This document shows, piece by piece, positions 49,648 to 63,525 of a DNA stretch of 64,000 nucleotides. Source of the DNA: Octopus bimaculoides (taxonomy: Eukaryota). The position numbers and the translations under genes are program-made. The stretch's first letter is position 1. Each line of letters opens with the position of its first letter. The stretch lies in NCBI RefSeq assembly GCF_001194135.2, contig NC_068981.1, forward strand, positions 101,417,440 through 101,481,439. The letters are read 5' to 3'. The notes beneath the pieces were generated by a model. It searched no databases. It was not told where the DNA came from and saw nothing but the letters and a program-made list of their open reading frames with translations.

Positions 49648-50884
49648 CTTACGTTTCTTTTCTTCTAAGTCTGGTACTTGTTCTATTGCTCTCTTTTACA
49701 GAACTGCTAAGTTACTGGGATGTAAACAAACCAACACCAGGTATCAAACAGTGGGAGGAGGTAACAGAAACACACACACATACACAATGAGCTTCTACAC
49801 AATTTCTGTCTCCCAAATTCACTTGTGAGGCATCGGTGAGTCTGGGGCTATAGTAGAAGACCCTTGTCCTGATGTTACACAGTGGGACTAGATTTAGTTC
49901 TTTTTGAAGGCTATACTTAAGGGCCTCAAAACCCGTATCACCTAACCTTGGTTTAACCCTTCAGCATTCAGATTACTCTGGCACATGTAATGCTTATTTA
50001 TTCACTTTGTTTTGTATTAATCCTGCATTATCTTGTAGCTCTGAGATTTTGATGATGTGATAGTTTATCTTTTGAATGATCTTGTAAGGTAGGTGTGAGA
50101 GGCCTGATTTGAACATAAAGCAGGTAGAATATTTGGGCTTGATAAGGCTGGCTTGAATGCTGAAGGGCAGTATCCTGACAGATCATCCAGTATCCTACCA
50201 ATGAAATGCCTATCCCTTCTCTGTTGCCTTTAATTACATTAGTGTTATTGTTTAACTTGTTTGATGATCAATAATATTTCATCTTGCCTTTGTAGGGTTA
50301 TCTAATGTGCACTTTCTTTTTGACAGTAATAGGGTGTAATTTGAGGAAAATTTGGCTATTTCTAGCAGTTCAGGTCTCTAGAACTTTTTCAATGATCTAA
50401 ATTTATAAAAATTAACAAATTTTACTTTTTCTAACAAAAATTTTTTTTTTTAAATAGTTTAAATAATGAGAGGAACCTTTATATTGTTGTTCAGAATGCT
50501 ATAAATAGCAGCAAAATCTCCCTTAAATCACACCTTACTGTTTTATAAATGGTGTTTTTTATCTTTTACCTTTTTTCAGTGGACTGCAGCCATGCTGGGC
50601 CACCACCTTGAAGAGTTTTAGTTGAACAAATTGACCTCAGTACTTACGTTTCTTTTCTTCTAAGTCTGGTACTTGTTCTATTGCTCTCTTTTACAGAACT
50701 GCTAAGTTATGGGGATGTAAACAAACCAACACCAGGTATCAAACAGTGGGAGGAGGTAACAGAAACACACACACACATACACAATGAGCTACACAATTTC
50801 TGTCTCCCAAATTCACTTGTGAGGCATCGGTGAGTCTAGGGCTATAGTAGAAGGCCCTTGTCCTGATGTTACACAGTGGGACTA
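49648..50884. repeat. Local direct duplication of a ~243-bp SINE-B segment (49648-49890 and 50643-50884)
   Basis: By eye, 4 substitutions and 2 small indels; the copies share private variants. Confidence 0.85.
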
Positions 50885-53772
50885 AACCTTAAACCATGTG
50901 GTTGCAAAGTGAGCTAAATTAGATAATTTAGTTTTGGATAAAGTGCATTTAAGTAAAATACTCTGTTGTTGCAGGTGGGATGCTTGATAAGGGCTGGGCT
51001 GGAGCCTAAATAAGCAAAAATAATGTTTATAAGCTGGGCAAGTTCCATTGGGAATAGTTGTCATTGAATCCAATACACTTGATTGAAAAATTAAACCTTG
51101 AAAGAGAGGTAAATATGACTGCTGATATTGATAATAATTGTCAACAAACTGTGAGCATTTTGTTTACATTTTAGATAATTTTGGTTCCAAAGGTTAATTT
51201 AAACCAAATGTCACATAGCTATGAAATGAATCGCATGTGAATGCACGTGTGTATGTGTGTGTGAGAGAGAGAAAGAAAGGAAGAAGTAACTAGAATCACA
51301 GACTCTGATCTAAAGGTTTTATGCAGTTATCCTTGTACTGAGATGACAGAACTGGTCAACGGTTGTAAATAACATTTAAAACAGGAAAACTATGAACTCC
51401 ACTCTGAAAAAAAAATATGCTCAACTTGCCCTTCAGAATAGTTTTCCAAAAATGAGTTCTGTGAAAAATGTTGGTGTTCTGGGAGACAAGCTGTCTTTCA
51501 TTATAATGTTAATCAAAAAAAAAAAAAAGGATGGTGTACACCATTTTGAGAATATGTTAACATTTTTTACATGAACAAATTCTGAATTTCTGTGACGAGG
51601 AATTAATATTATACTTTAATGCATTCAGACTAGTGTCCTCATTTTAGTTGTTATGGTTACATTTCAACTGTGGTAATCCTTTGGTCTTCTGAAGATATCT
51701 GCTCTGTTCTCAGAATTTGGAACTAAATGCTTTGTTTAACCCATGGGAATAGACAGTTCTTGTTCTGTTGCCCATACTAGGAATGTTTTCTGTATTATAC
51801 ATCAATACATGCGATGCTGCTAGTTATACATCAATCAGTCCTGTTCACATGATGATGATATATATAATCCTTTCTACTAAAGGCACAATGCCTGAAATTT
51901 TGTGGGAGGTGGCTTGTCAATTACATCGACTCCAATGTGTAACTTATTTTATCAACTCTGAAAGGATGAAAGGCAAAGTCAACTTCAGCAGAATTTGAAC
52001 TCAGTATGTGAAGATGAATGAAATGCCGCTGAACAGGTGTGCTAACGATTCTGCCAGCTTGCCAACATTTATATATATATAAATTTTGTTCTATGTGTGC
52101 CATAAATATCGCCATCCGTTTAGAGAAAAATTTGTAGTTTAGAATCAGTAGTTCTTTGACTGCTATTTCTAAATTTTCAGTATTTTGGAGAAGCAACTCA
52201 ATGCTAATCCCTGTATATTTATGATTATATATATATATATATATATATACATGCACACACACACACACACACACACAGCATGACTGATCCAGAGATTGAA
52301 CTCATGCACACTAGCAATGCTATTATATGTAACCTTTAATCAATACATGTGTTCACTATCATTCTGTTCTGTGTATTAATGTATATTGATAACTTCTCCC
52401 TGTAAAAACAATATTTGATTAATTTAATGTTTTAAAATCCGGGGCTTGTCTGTAAAGATCTTATCTTTTGAATCATGCAATTGCTGTGAGCTTAAAATAC
52501 TGAATTCTTAATAACATGGTTGTATGTTCACATCCTGCTTCAACTATTGGGTTTTTTTGTTTTTTTTTCTCTTGAGCCAGGCACATGTTCTGTTCCATTT
52601 TGTTTAACAAAATGCAAGTTCCATTCTTGTTCCCTAGTTGAATGGTTAGGAGTAGGAAGGACTTCTGGTTATAAAATTTATTGAAAATAAATCTGCATAA
52701 TCAGGGCTGATGATCTTGGATTACACCTACATTAATCTTTTTTGCATACTCTGCACTCATTGATGATTGAGTTTCTAGTAGCTTAAACTTTAGCTAAGAA
52801 ATCCTATACTGCTTTGGGCAGTAACAAGATTGAAATATGCATAGAATGGAGAAAGGAAATAAAAAAGAATCTTTACTCATTCAGCTACCCAAAATTCAGA
52901 ATAAAGATCCAGATTGGAATTCTCATGAAATTCTTATGAAATGGCAAAGCATTATATTGTGTATTGGCTGCTGTCAGAACCCAAATATAATTTACACATT
53001 TATAGATACTGGCTCTACAAGAAATACATTAACCAATACATTTAGTTATGTAACCTATCTAACGACTTGCCATGCATAATGTTCATAAGCTGTGTTTACT
53101 TAAACCTCAACATAGCTTATACATCATTTATTATGTTTTTAATGTGCAGTAATTAATTCAGCCATGTTTACATTAACTATATCAACAAATACTTATTGGA
53201 AATTACCTGCATTAAACTGTTGTGGGGATATCACTTCCAAAATTACATCAAAGGTAGTATGAGTACACTACTGATTTTTTTTTTTCCAGTACTTATGGTT
53301 TGATTGCATGCTGGATTCTCCATTATACCAGGCTAATGGAAATCACCATTTAATAACGGTTTTGGCACAAGGCCAGCAAGTTTTGGAGGTGGATAAGTCG
53401 ATTACATTGAGCCTGGTGCTCAACTGGTACTTATTTTATCAACCCCAATAGTATGAAAAGTAAAGTCAATCTCGGAATTTGAACTTGGAAGATAAAAATG
53501 GACAAAATGCCGCTAAGCATTTTGCCTGGTGTGCTAATGATTCTGTAAGCTCACTGCCATTCATCTCTATTTAATAATAGCTGATATAAATGTTGGTTGG
53601 TTGATTTCCTCAGCCACCCTGAACATAATCTAGAGAGAAAAGAGATACAGAGGAAATTAACAAGGAGGTGCAGGATGAGTGTGCATACTAGGCTAGGTGA
53701 CATGCAAGGAGTAAATGATCACTACACTTGCATACTGTGAGAGAAAGAATCATAGAGGAAGAAAGGGAAAGA

Positions 53773-53814
<42 letters not shown>

Positions 53815-54066
53815 GAGAGGAGACAGTGTAAACTTTTATAATATAAAATCAAGGGTTTTTTTTTATGAATATTATTTAATTTTATTTTAAGGTTAATGAG
53901 CATTTTTCTTTTGAAAATTACTATTCATTTCATTTTGTTTTAGTCCCAAGAAATTTGATAAAAGTAAAATTACAATTATTGTTGTATGCCATTTTTCTTG
54001 ATGCCATGATGGTGGCAAAAGTATACTTCCAAAGTCACCCATTATGTAACAGATAACACTCTAGTG

Positions 54067-54458
54067 TAGCAGTTCTCAACCATTTTTTATCTATGGACCC
54101 CTTTGTTTACTATTTTATTCTGGTGGACCCCCATAACCATTTGATGTTTAAAAACTAAGTTTTATAGATACTTCTTTCAAAATTCCTATTTTGTTTTACA
54201 TACATTAACTTGTTTAAGTTAGTAATAGAACTCTCTGAGAGAACCTGTTTAATTGGTCAGAAACATATTGAACTATGTAAAATGTTGGAGAGACAACCTA
54301 GCTGTTTCTAGCAATAAATATATATATCTAACGCAAATTTTTTCATGGACCTTTAAAATACTACTGTGGATCCTCAATTTACTATTCTGCTTGCATGGGT
54401 CCCCAAAATTCTTATATGGACCCTGAGGGATCATATGGATCTTGATTGAGAACCACTG
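54067..54458. mobile_element. hAT-type MITE
   Basis: TIRs tagcagttctcaacc / gattgagaaccactg, repeated internal ggacccc motifs, imperfect 8-bp TSD ctctagtg / cagtagtg. Confidence 0.75.
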
Positions 54459-56040
54459 CAGTAGTGTAATAAAAATTCAGGGTAAATTCTTTTGAGGCTT
54501 TTGTTACATTATCAACGTTTGATACACTTTTTTGTTAATCCACTAGAAACATTATAAAGATGGAAATACTCTCCCTACATCTCAATTATCTGTGATAGCA
54601 AAAATGCTTAAAACTAATTGTAAAGACACTCTCTAATCCCTCAATTCCTCACTGTATCCTCTCTTGAAATCCAATTGTGAAGAACATATTTTCTCCCTTC
54701 GTGCTAGGATGCTGTAGTCTCTACAATGAAGTTGTTAAATTTTTAGAGCAAGTCCTTCGGAGGTTTACACATGACATTATTCAATTTTAAGCAGTTGTGC
54801 CCTTGTATTGTTATTGTTGGAGAAGGGAGAATGTTTTGATCTTCATATTTCTAGTCAAGAAAGGGGTATTGTGAAGGTTTGGTATTATTAATAGCATAAA
54901 AGCTATGTAACAGCAGTTTCCAAGTAATTCACCTAATTAATAATACATGCAGTTTACATCTAACTTACACTTGGATTGTCACACTTTACACATTGATGAT
55001 TCTTAAACCTTTTGCTGCGAACTTTCACTACGACTGTTTTCAATTCCAATTTTTTATGGTACAACTCAGCCTGTTCCATTATCATGCTCTCTGACACGTC
55101 TACTTTATTATTCTGGTATTGTCAAAATTATTCAATCAACAGTCATTGAAATTTAGTAATTTAACTAGCTTTCATAGTTTTTTGCTAATTAAGGCACTAA
55201 ATTGACAGTCATTTGAATATCTAGCAGCATTTCTTCTGACTCTTTGCTTTGTGTTCAAATCCTGCGGAGATTAACTTTATAAACGTGGGGGAGGGGTCAA
55301 TAAATTACCAGCCAAGTACTAGTGTCAATTTCTTTTTTCTTTCTCTCACCCTCTCTCTCTGGAAGGAAGCATCTGTGGTCAGACCTTGAGGTGGTGGTGG
55401 GGCTTCACCAGGTTTAAAATGCTTGTGACCCACCATGTCATAACAATGCCCCCTTACAACTCCAACAGGAATTGAGTGGGGGCAGGCAAGATTTTCTAAT
55501 ACTTATTTATTTCTTAAAACCAGTTTCTGCAAAGAATAGCAATATTTTTTCTCTGTTGCCGATAAATCTGTATCGTGTCTCACAGACTTTTCTCACTGAA
55601 ACACTATAGTATAGTTCTCTCACCATTTCTAGTTTTTCCCCTCATTCATTTGGACTTGCATTTACACTTTACATACCCCACTGACACGTTGCACTGTGAC
55701 TAGGGATAAGTGTAAGCAATGTAGACTAGAACATTTTCTCAAATTATTAGCATTGCAGCAGCTACTGATATCTAGATGATTGCAAATGACAATACTACTT
55801 GTGGCTAACCAGTAAACTAAGTTGGCTGACTGGCAGGAAATTCAAGTGTGTACTGATAATAATCTTCAGATTGAAATTGAGACCAGGCTATCAGTTGCTG
55901 GAAAATTGATGGTGTTTTTAATGGGTAAACATTTATCCTTTAAGTTGTTATTTATTTTACTAAGCCTTTGCATAATTGATTATTTTGAAAATTTAAACAT
56001 GAAGGCAGTATATTCTTGATAAAATATAGTTATAGAATTA

Positions 56041-56443
56041 TCTTGGGAAGGTCTTTATACCAACAAAAACATATGCACTGGTTCTATCTTCTTTTATAAG
56101 TTAATTGGTTAACCAATTAACTAACTGATTGCTTAATTAATAGTTCAGTCAATCAATCAGCTAGGTTCCTCAAGTTTTTTCATTGCTATTTGTAGCCTCG
56201 TCAATGACATTTCCCCCTCCTCTCCTGGTTTACTTTGGAAATAGGCTTGAGGCAGACCTAGAGTAGAGAGGACATGTCATTGAAGAGGTTGCGAATGGCA
56301 ACAAAAGGACTCGACAAACCTGGCTAATTGATTAACTAAACAATTAATCAAGCAGCCAGTTGGTTAAATGGTTAATTGACTATTGATAATAAAAGTGAAA
56401 TGGAACCAGTACATGTGTTTATTGGCATAATGACCTCCCAAGA
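56041..56443. repeat. ~400-bp whole-length foldback element
   Basis: tcttgggaaggtc..ctggttc pairs with gaaccag..gacctcccaaga, and pairing continues inward to a loop at ~56226-56260. Confidence 0.85.
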
Positions 56444-59400
56444 CGCAACAAAATATGTTTCAACACTCGAGTTCACAGCAAGAATCTTGCGAGTCTAATA
56501 CAAAAATGAGTTATAGAAGTGTTATGTCAAAATAAAGATAAATATTGAAGTGGAATATAGATTTTGTTTTGATGTAATTCATTGTTGGGTCAGGCATTTG
56601 TTTTGGTGATGTTTGTTTTCAAATTGTGGCTTTGTTTGTAATGGTAGTGCAAACTTTTGGGGTGGTTTAAGATAAGAGATAGTGGAGCAGTGTTAGTGGT
56701 TCTCATTATTTTTGGAAGGATAGTAGATCAAGGACAGATAACAATGTTTTGATTCAACTGTTTGTGTGTGTGTGTGTGTGTGTCATTAGCAAAAATAGGC
56801 GTATTTGTAATCAGCCTAATTAATGTCGCTGATGACTGTTGGAACTTCTTTTTCTTGTACTTTGATCTCAGACTTATCTGTAGTTAGTGGGACAGGTATA
56901 AATGATTTACAACCTAAACTGATGTTAATGCCAGATAAATTGCTTATTCCTTGATAATGTTATAGTAACTACAGTTTATTCCTACTTAACTGATGTAGGC
57001 AAAATTATGTGGTGAAGTGGTAGATATAATAAAACATTGAATTAATCCTTTTAGTACTAATCTAAGAATCCCCATGCTTCACTTTGGTAGGTTAGATTTA
57101 ATCCATTGCTTCAATAGCACCATCTGATCCTTGGATACCTTCAGTGGTGTTCACTTCATTCTAAGTATTCAGACTGAGTTTCCAGTTTAAGGAAAACTTT
57201 TCTCGTTTCCATCAGTGTTGGAGGCCCTGAAAAAAATAAAAACAAAAGTAATAAAGGCTCATAGGTTCTTCTCTCTTTGACTAAATGATTGAAAAATAAA
57301 ATTAATGATTTAAAATTTCCACCTAAATCTGGCATCAATAAAACTAACAAAATTTTAATTATTTTTTGTCTTTGGTCAATAAGTGTTATTTCCTATTTGC
57401 TTCTATCTAGAAATCAAAGGAAGTGACTACTATTCCCTTCAAACCTTGCTTTTGTGTCCTGGACATCAATGTTTTGAAACTGATCTTGCTCTGCACTGAA
57501 TCCAATTCCTTGCTGTTGTTCAGTCTTTCATTCCCTCCATGTTTGATCGAATAAGTATCATTTTGGTTCTAAAGATGATTGAGTCACCTATTCTCTTCCA
57601 CTTAAAATGTGTAACTTTATGTCAGTGAGACAACGTAGCTTGGTTGATGAACAATGTTATTTCTTGGGGGCTTTGACTAATTGGATATTTGTTTAGGCTC
57701 CATGTTGTTTCCATATAAAAACCAAGTTACCATATTAACTTTTCGGCAAATCTGTTCTTGCTTGTGTTGACTGCCATTTCTAGCATTGTAAATTGTTAAT
57801 GATTGTTAGAGCTGTTTGTGTGTCCATTGTTGCTGGACTGTATTAGCGGATGGTTAACAGAAAACTTTGTGTAGTAATTTCACAACACTGAGCAAACATT
57901 TGAAGATGATTTATTGTGCTACATTAATATGAAAAGATGTTCATGCATTACAATTAATATATAGAAGCAGTAAGATAGAAATAACATAATACGAAATGCA
58001 AGGAAAATGTCTGAAGTTTAACACTTGGGCTGGTTTTAACATAATGAGCCAATATACTGGTGCCATGTCATGTCATCTTTGATATCCTCAATTGAATACG
58101 AACATATTAGATCATATTAGAACAGCTATAGAGAGAGTGTAATTCAAAGCTCAACCCAAAACACTCTAAAACTGTCAAAAGTTGAGAATGTCATCTTGAT
58201 TCAGAAGTCTCTACACTCTGCTGAGGGTGGCAAATAGTCTACTTTATTTATAGGCTGTGTTTCAGGAAAGGTCTAAATGAGCTATCATGTGAACAACAGC
58301 TGCTGATTGGACAGCAATTGGGTAGCACTTATGATCAAACTGTATTCTTTTATTCTTTAATATGACTGTGACCATGTTGGACTTGAAATTTGTATGTGTT
58401 AACACAAGTTCTAATCCAATGTTACAGTGTCAATTAAACACTGAACAAAATACCTTGTGGTATTTAGTTACATCCTTTTGTTTTTTGTTCAAATCCTGCT
58501 GGTGGTTACTTTTGCTTTTCATCCTTCTGAGTTTGATATTAGATATCAATTCAAGCATTGCCCCCCATACACTAATTTGTGGTCTTGCTGCTATGTCTGA
58601 TATTGTTAATATCAGACAGAAACATGTGAGCTGGCAGAAACATTAGCACGCTGTGCAAAATGCTTAGTGGTATTTTGTCAATTTTTATGTTTTGAGTTCA
58701 AATTCCGCCGAGGTCAATTTATCCTTTCATCCTTTCCAGGTCGATAAATTAAGTACCAGTTGTGTACTGGGGTTGATCTAATCAACTGGGCTCCCTCCTC
58801 CAAAACTTCAGGCCTTGTGCCTAGAGTAGAAAAGAATATTATAATACAAGGCAAGCTGGCAGAATTGTTAGCATGTTGGACAAAATGCTTAGTGACATTT
58901 TGCCTGTCTTCACATTCTGAGCTCAAACTCTGCTGAGGTTGACTGCCTTTCATCTTTTCAATGCTGATAAAATAAGTACCAGCCGCGCATTGGGGTCCAT
59001 ATAACTGACTTATTCCCCTTGCCCCGAACTTGCTGGCCCTGCACCAAAATTTAAAACCAATATTATAGGACAGTATAGTGCTGGGCTAAATGTGTTCTGA
59101 TATTTATTTTTATCTATAGTTTGTGTTTAGTTCCTGCCAGGATTGAATTTACCTTTCAGCTGTCAGGTATTAAAAAGAATGTATAGGGATCAATTCAGTT
59201 ATTAGATCTTTTTCCTCTAAAATGTGTGCCTATATGTCAAACTTTGAAAAGTCTAAGTTATATACCAGTTGTTTTCAAGTGTATGGGGATTCAATAGTTC
59301 CACATTTCTCATGTACGGTTAGAAAATCAAATGGTATGAGGAAAGGTGGTTAAAAATGGCTAAAATTACCATGGCATGTCCAACTATTTATGCTAATATT

Positions 59401-61419
59401 ATATAGGTTGCATGTATATTAAAGAGATTGTTAAATTGTTTGGCCCTTTAGCATTCAGATTATTTTGTCAAATGTAATGCTTATTTATTCACATTGTTTG
59501 GAATTAATCATATGTTATCTTTGCAATATCAATATGATTGTATAGTTTTAGAATGACATTGATGTGAGAGGCCAGATCTGGTCAGTTTGAGCATAAAACA
59601 AGTAGAATATTTGGGCTGGATGTGGCCGGTTTAAATGCTAAAAGGTTAACACTTTGCCTACCAAGTCCATTTTGCCCCCATATTAAGAATATAGTGCGGG
59701 GAGTGCCCTTTACTTCTTTGGTAGGCAAAATGTGAATTTTATGTTCAAAGTTTTAAATTTTGGCCAGTGCAAAGATATCAGTCGCATAGTTTTAGCACTT
59801 GTTAAACTAATGAGATGAACAAGTTTGTAATCTGTTTAAGGAGGATTACATTGAAACAGTTTCTGATAGTTGGCCATTTTCCAGATGATTGGTAAGAAGA
59901 GTTTGAACTGAATGCTGTAAACATTTTCTTGTCAAAATAGTGCAATTACTTACAACCTGTTCTCTATATTGCTTAAGCTGCAGTTTTGTAGAGTAAGCTG
60001 TTAAGAGTTAGGTGAGAAATGTTAAGTGTACTATAATAAACTTTTTTTTTAATGCCATTGAGTACTGCTTAAGTTTAGTTTTTCACTGCAGATGATGCAA
60101 TTTTTGCCAAAGTGACCATGCCATTTTTGAATCATAATTATGAAGCATAGTGACTGTGATGTTAAAGTGGTTTCTGAAATATCGGTTACTATTGTTGTGA
60201 TGTGTTCTTGAGTAAAACACATAATTCTGTTTGTTCCAGTTTGCCTAAGATTTCGGGAGTTGTGGTGATTTGCTGTACTTGAGAAGACATGTCAAGCAAA
60301 GTAAAATTGTGGTCTGTACATACAGGCATGTCCTTCGCAGATGCTGGTGCCACGTAAAATGCACTTGTCAGTGCTGCATATATATGCACCCATGGCGGTG
60401 GCATGTAAAAAAAGAACCCAGCGTACTCTGTAAAGTGATTGACACTAGGAAGGGCATCCAGCAATAAAAACCTTGCCAAAACAGACAATTGGAGCCTGGA
60501 CAGCTCTCTTGCTAACCAGTACCTGTTAAACCTTCCAACCCATGCCAGCATAGAAAATGGACGTTAAATGATGATGATGATGATCCTGATTTTAATCCTT
60601 TAGTGGCCCAAATATTCTATCTGATTTATATTCAAACCAACCAGATACTCTATAATGTTATTCTAAAAATAAACAATCACATCATCGAAACCTTGAAGCT
60701 ATGAGATAATGCATAATAATTTCAAAACAATGTGAATAAATAAAAATTACATTTGACAGAATAATCTGAATGCTAAAGGGTTAATGTAAATAATGATATT
60801 AAACATCATTAGCCCCCAGTTTTAGATGGTAAAAGCAACTAAGTCCTCTGAAAGAATGCAAACCAAATATCTATTGCTTCTCATTTTACCATATTATCAA
60901 TTACTCTACAGAGTACCTTTCATTCTGTCTAATACATCATTCCATCAGTGAGTCTTTTTTATATTACAAATTGGTGTTTATAAAATTGAATATTGGACAT
61001 GAAATAGTTCCCTTCTTTTTCATTTGATTATTTTGCTTTAGGTGGGATACCCAGTTGTAAAAACAATTGATTGAACAAACAACTCAAACTATTCTTTCCA
61101 TGCAAACCTTAAGTAGATGTAAAGCAGTTTTTAAAAAATGCTATTAAACCATATTGATTTAGCCTAAATGGAGAACAAACCAATGAAGAAAGTTATGTGA
61201 TTGCTTACCCTGCTAGAAATAGCAGTTAAATCTCTCCTAAATCAGCTTTGCCTTTTCAAAAGAAAAAAAAAACACTTGAGAATGTTATCCAGTGTATCCC
61301 TTACGAAAAAAAAAAAAAAAAATGGTCACAACTGGAAAACCTTTGATCATAGGTTTGCTTGATTAGGGTTGACATGGAAGGAACAACACCATGTTTCAGT
61401 CAACAGAAGAATAAATATC

Positions 61420-61958
61420 CAAGGTTTGATCAAAAAGTATCACGATTGTTGCTGTAGTAATAGAGCCTAAGTATGCAAAGTGAAGCCGCTTGGCACAGAT
61501 TGACTTTTAACTCTGTTGTGCAGTAAGTTGTAATGTTCTCCTTGACTTCTATTGTTTTTAGCTGTGCTTGGAAATAAAGTGTAGAGTGTGGTCGTCTCAA
61601 AAAGATCGGGTTTCAGTTGCACAGGGTCTCCTTGATTGTGTTGAGGAAGATGAAAACGGTCATAACAGATGACAAATCATAGGTCTATGGCTACAATCCT
61701 AAAACCAAAGCTTAGTCTTTGTAGTGGAAGACCCCAATAAGATTTCAAGACGTCAAAGAAATCCAAGACAATGCAACGAGGCAGCTGCTTGCTATCCCTC
61801 AAAAAAGAAGTTTCAAGAATGCTTCCATCAATTCAAGCGATACTGTATAAAGCGTGTAGCTTCAGAAGGGGACTATTTCAAAGGAGATTAAATGCTGAAT
61901 TGATATATGTTATAATCTTTTTGTTGCACCAATCCCAATACTTTTTGATCAGACTTTG
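61420..61958 (+). mobile_element. Internally deleted mariner with both TIRs
   Basis: TIRs caaggtttgatcaaaaagtat / atactttttgatcagactttg+TA. Fragments VAQGLLDCVEEDEN, KTVITDDKS*VYGYNPKTK and RFQDVKEIQDNATRQLLAIP..FHQFKRYCIKRVASEGDYFKGD*. Confidence 0.88.
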
Positions 61959-62774
61959 TATATTAAAATATTTGATAATGATGTTATATGTGGGAGTAAT
62001 GACTTTTTTTTACTTTGGTTTGAGATCACAAATTAAGGGTAATTCACTGAATTGAGCTCGAAGGAGAAAATGCAAAGCTCACTTAGGTAGGATTTGGACC
62101 CATTGTAAACAAGAATTAAATACTGTTAATCATTTAGTTCAGCAGTCTCATTTAAGCATTCCAAATAGTAATACTAATGCTGCTGCTGCTAATAATTGAC
62201 GTGTCTATATTTAGTGAATGATTTATAAAGTTTGTCCTTGCAACCTAATGCATTCATATTATGTAAGCATGGATTGTCAACACAAAGAAGTCTATTGTGG
62301 TTGCTGAATGAACTCAGTACTGTAATTGGTCAGTCCAAAAAGTCGAGTGATTTTAGGACTGTCAACATTAACATGAATAAATATCATTCAAAGAGACCCG
62401 TTAGACAATCATTATTTTTGATTTTTGCACTATTGTTGTACATTATGTATTAAAAATGAATGTCTGATGTCAAGTTTGTCAATAATGGGTTAACTGGAAA
62501 CACTAGCTGAGCAGTGTATTCAGGCAATTTTTCATATCTAATATAGCTCTAGAGCACTTTTTAAGCAAATATTTGAAGCATGTAGTGTTTTAAAGGAGGA
62601 CTGTAACCTATATTTTGTTTTTTAAAAAAATGTTACCTTAATAGTACAACTCTAGAATATTCTTATCAGTTTAATATCAATGTTTCCATTTGTGCAGTAC
62701 AGCATATTATCTTCCTCTTGTTCATGTAATATCTTGTTTTGTAGTCTCAATATCCTGATATTTGATTTTAAGAC

Positions 62775-63016
62775 ACGGGTGGCACATAAAAGACACCATT
62801 TCGAGCGTGGCCGTTTTCGTGCGGGTGACACGTAAAAGCACCCACTACACTCTCTGAGTGGTTGGCGTTAGGAAGGGCATCCAGCTGTAGAAACTCTGCC
62901 AAATCAGACTGGAGCCTGGTGTTGCCATCCGGTTTCACCAGTCCTCAGTCAAATCGTCCAACCCATGCTAGCATGGAAAGCGGACGTTAAACGATGATGA
63001 TGATGATGATGATGAT
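62775..63016 (+). mobile_element. Young RTE 3' terminus with a (GAT)n tail
   Basis: CpGs retained; gttggcgttaggaagggcatccagctgtagaaac..ggacgttaaacgatgatgat. Confidence 0.8.
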
Positions 63017-63214
63017 TAACTTTTATCTCTTTCTCAGTCATGTCAGAACTTGCTCACTTCTCTCAGTAAGTGTCTATTCTCATCACATGACTTACTGCCT
63101 TGCCATCAGTACACAGTGTATATAGTTCCTATCTATTCCTTTCATACTGAGGAAATCCACTTCCTCAAGTTTCCTTTTACTAGTTAATATTTTAGCTTTT
63201 GGCTCCATATGGTT

Positions 63215-63525
63215 CTAGTTTCAGTCGCACTGTGCAGCACCTTAGGCAAGTGTCTTATAGCCTTGGGCTGACCCAAGCCTTGAGTGGATTTGGTAGATGG
63301 AAACTGGGAGAAAGCCACTGTGTGTGTGTGTGTGTACTTGTCTGTATTTGTCCACCCCAGTTGGTGTGTTTGCATGCCCATAACTTAGCAGTTTGGCAAA
63401 AGAGACCGATATAAGTACTAGGCTTAAAAAGTAAGTCCTTGGGTCAGTTTGTTCAACTAAAAGACCCTTCAAGGTGGTACCCCAGCATGGCTGCAGTCAA
63501 ATGACTGAAACAAGTAAAAGATAAG
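63215..63525 (+). mobile_element. SINE family B, near full length
   Basis: cttaggcaagtgtctt, gagtggatttggtagatggaaactg, (TG)n, cagcatggctgcagtcaaatgactgaaacaagtaaaaga. Confidence 0.8.

Noticed and set aside
50168-50186. QYPDR peptide as Atg8 exon 2
   Set aside because: Directly follows a MITE end, has no upstream KIR, and the frame is closed nearby.
56140-56305. G.U wobble bias suggesting selection on the + strand RNA hairpin
   Set aside because: The inner arm has 4/4 transitions as wobbles, but the outer arm has mostly A.C mismatches, so there is no consistent bias.
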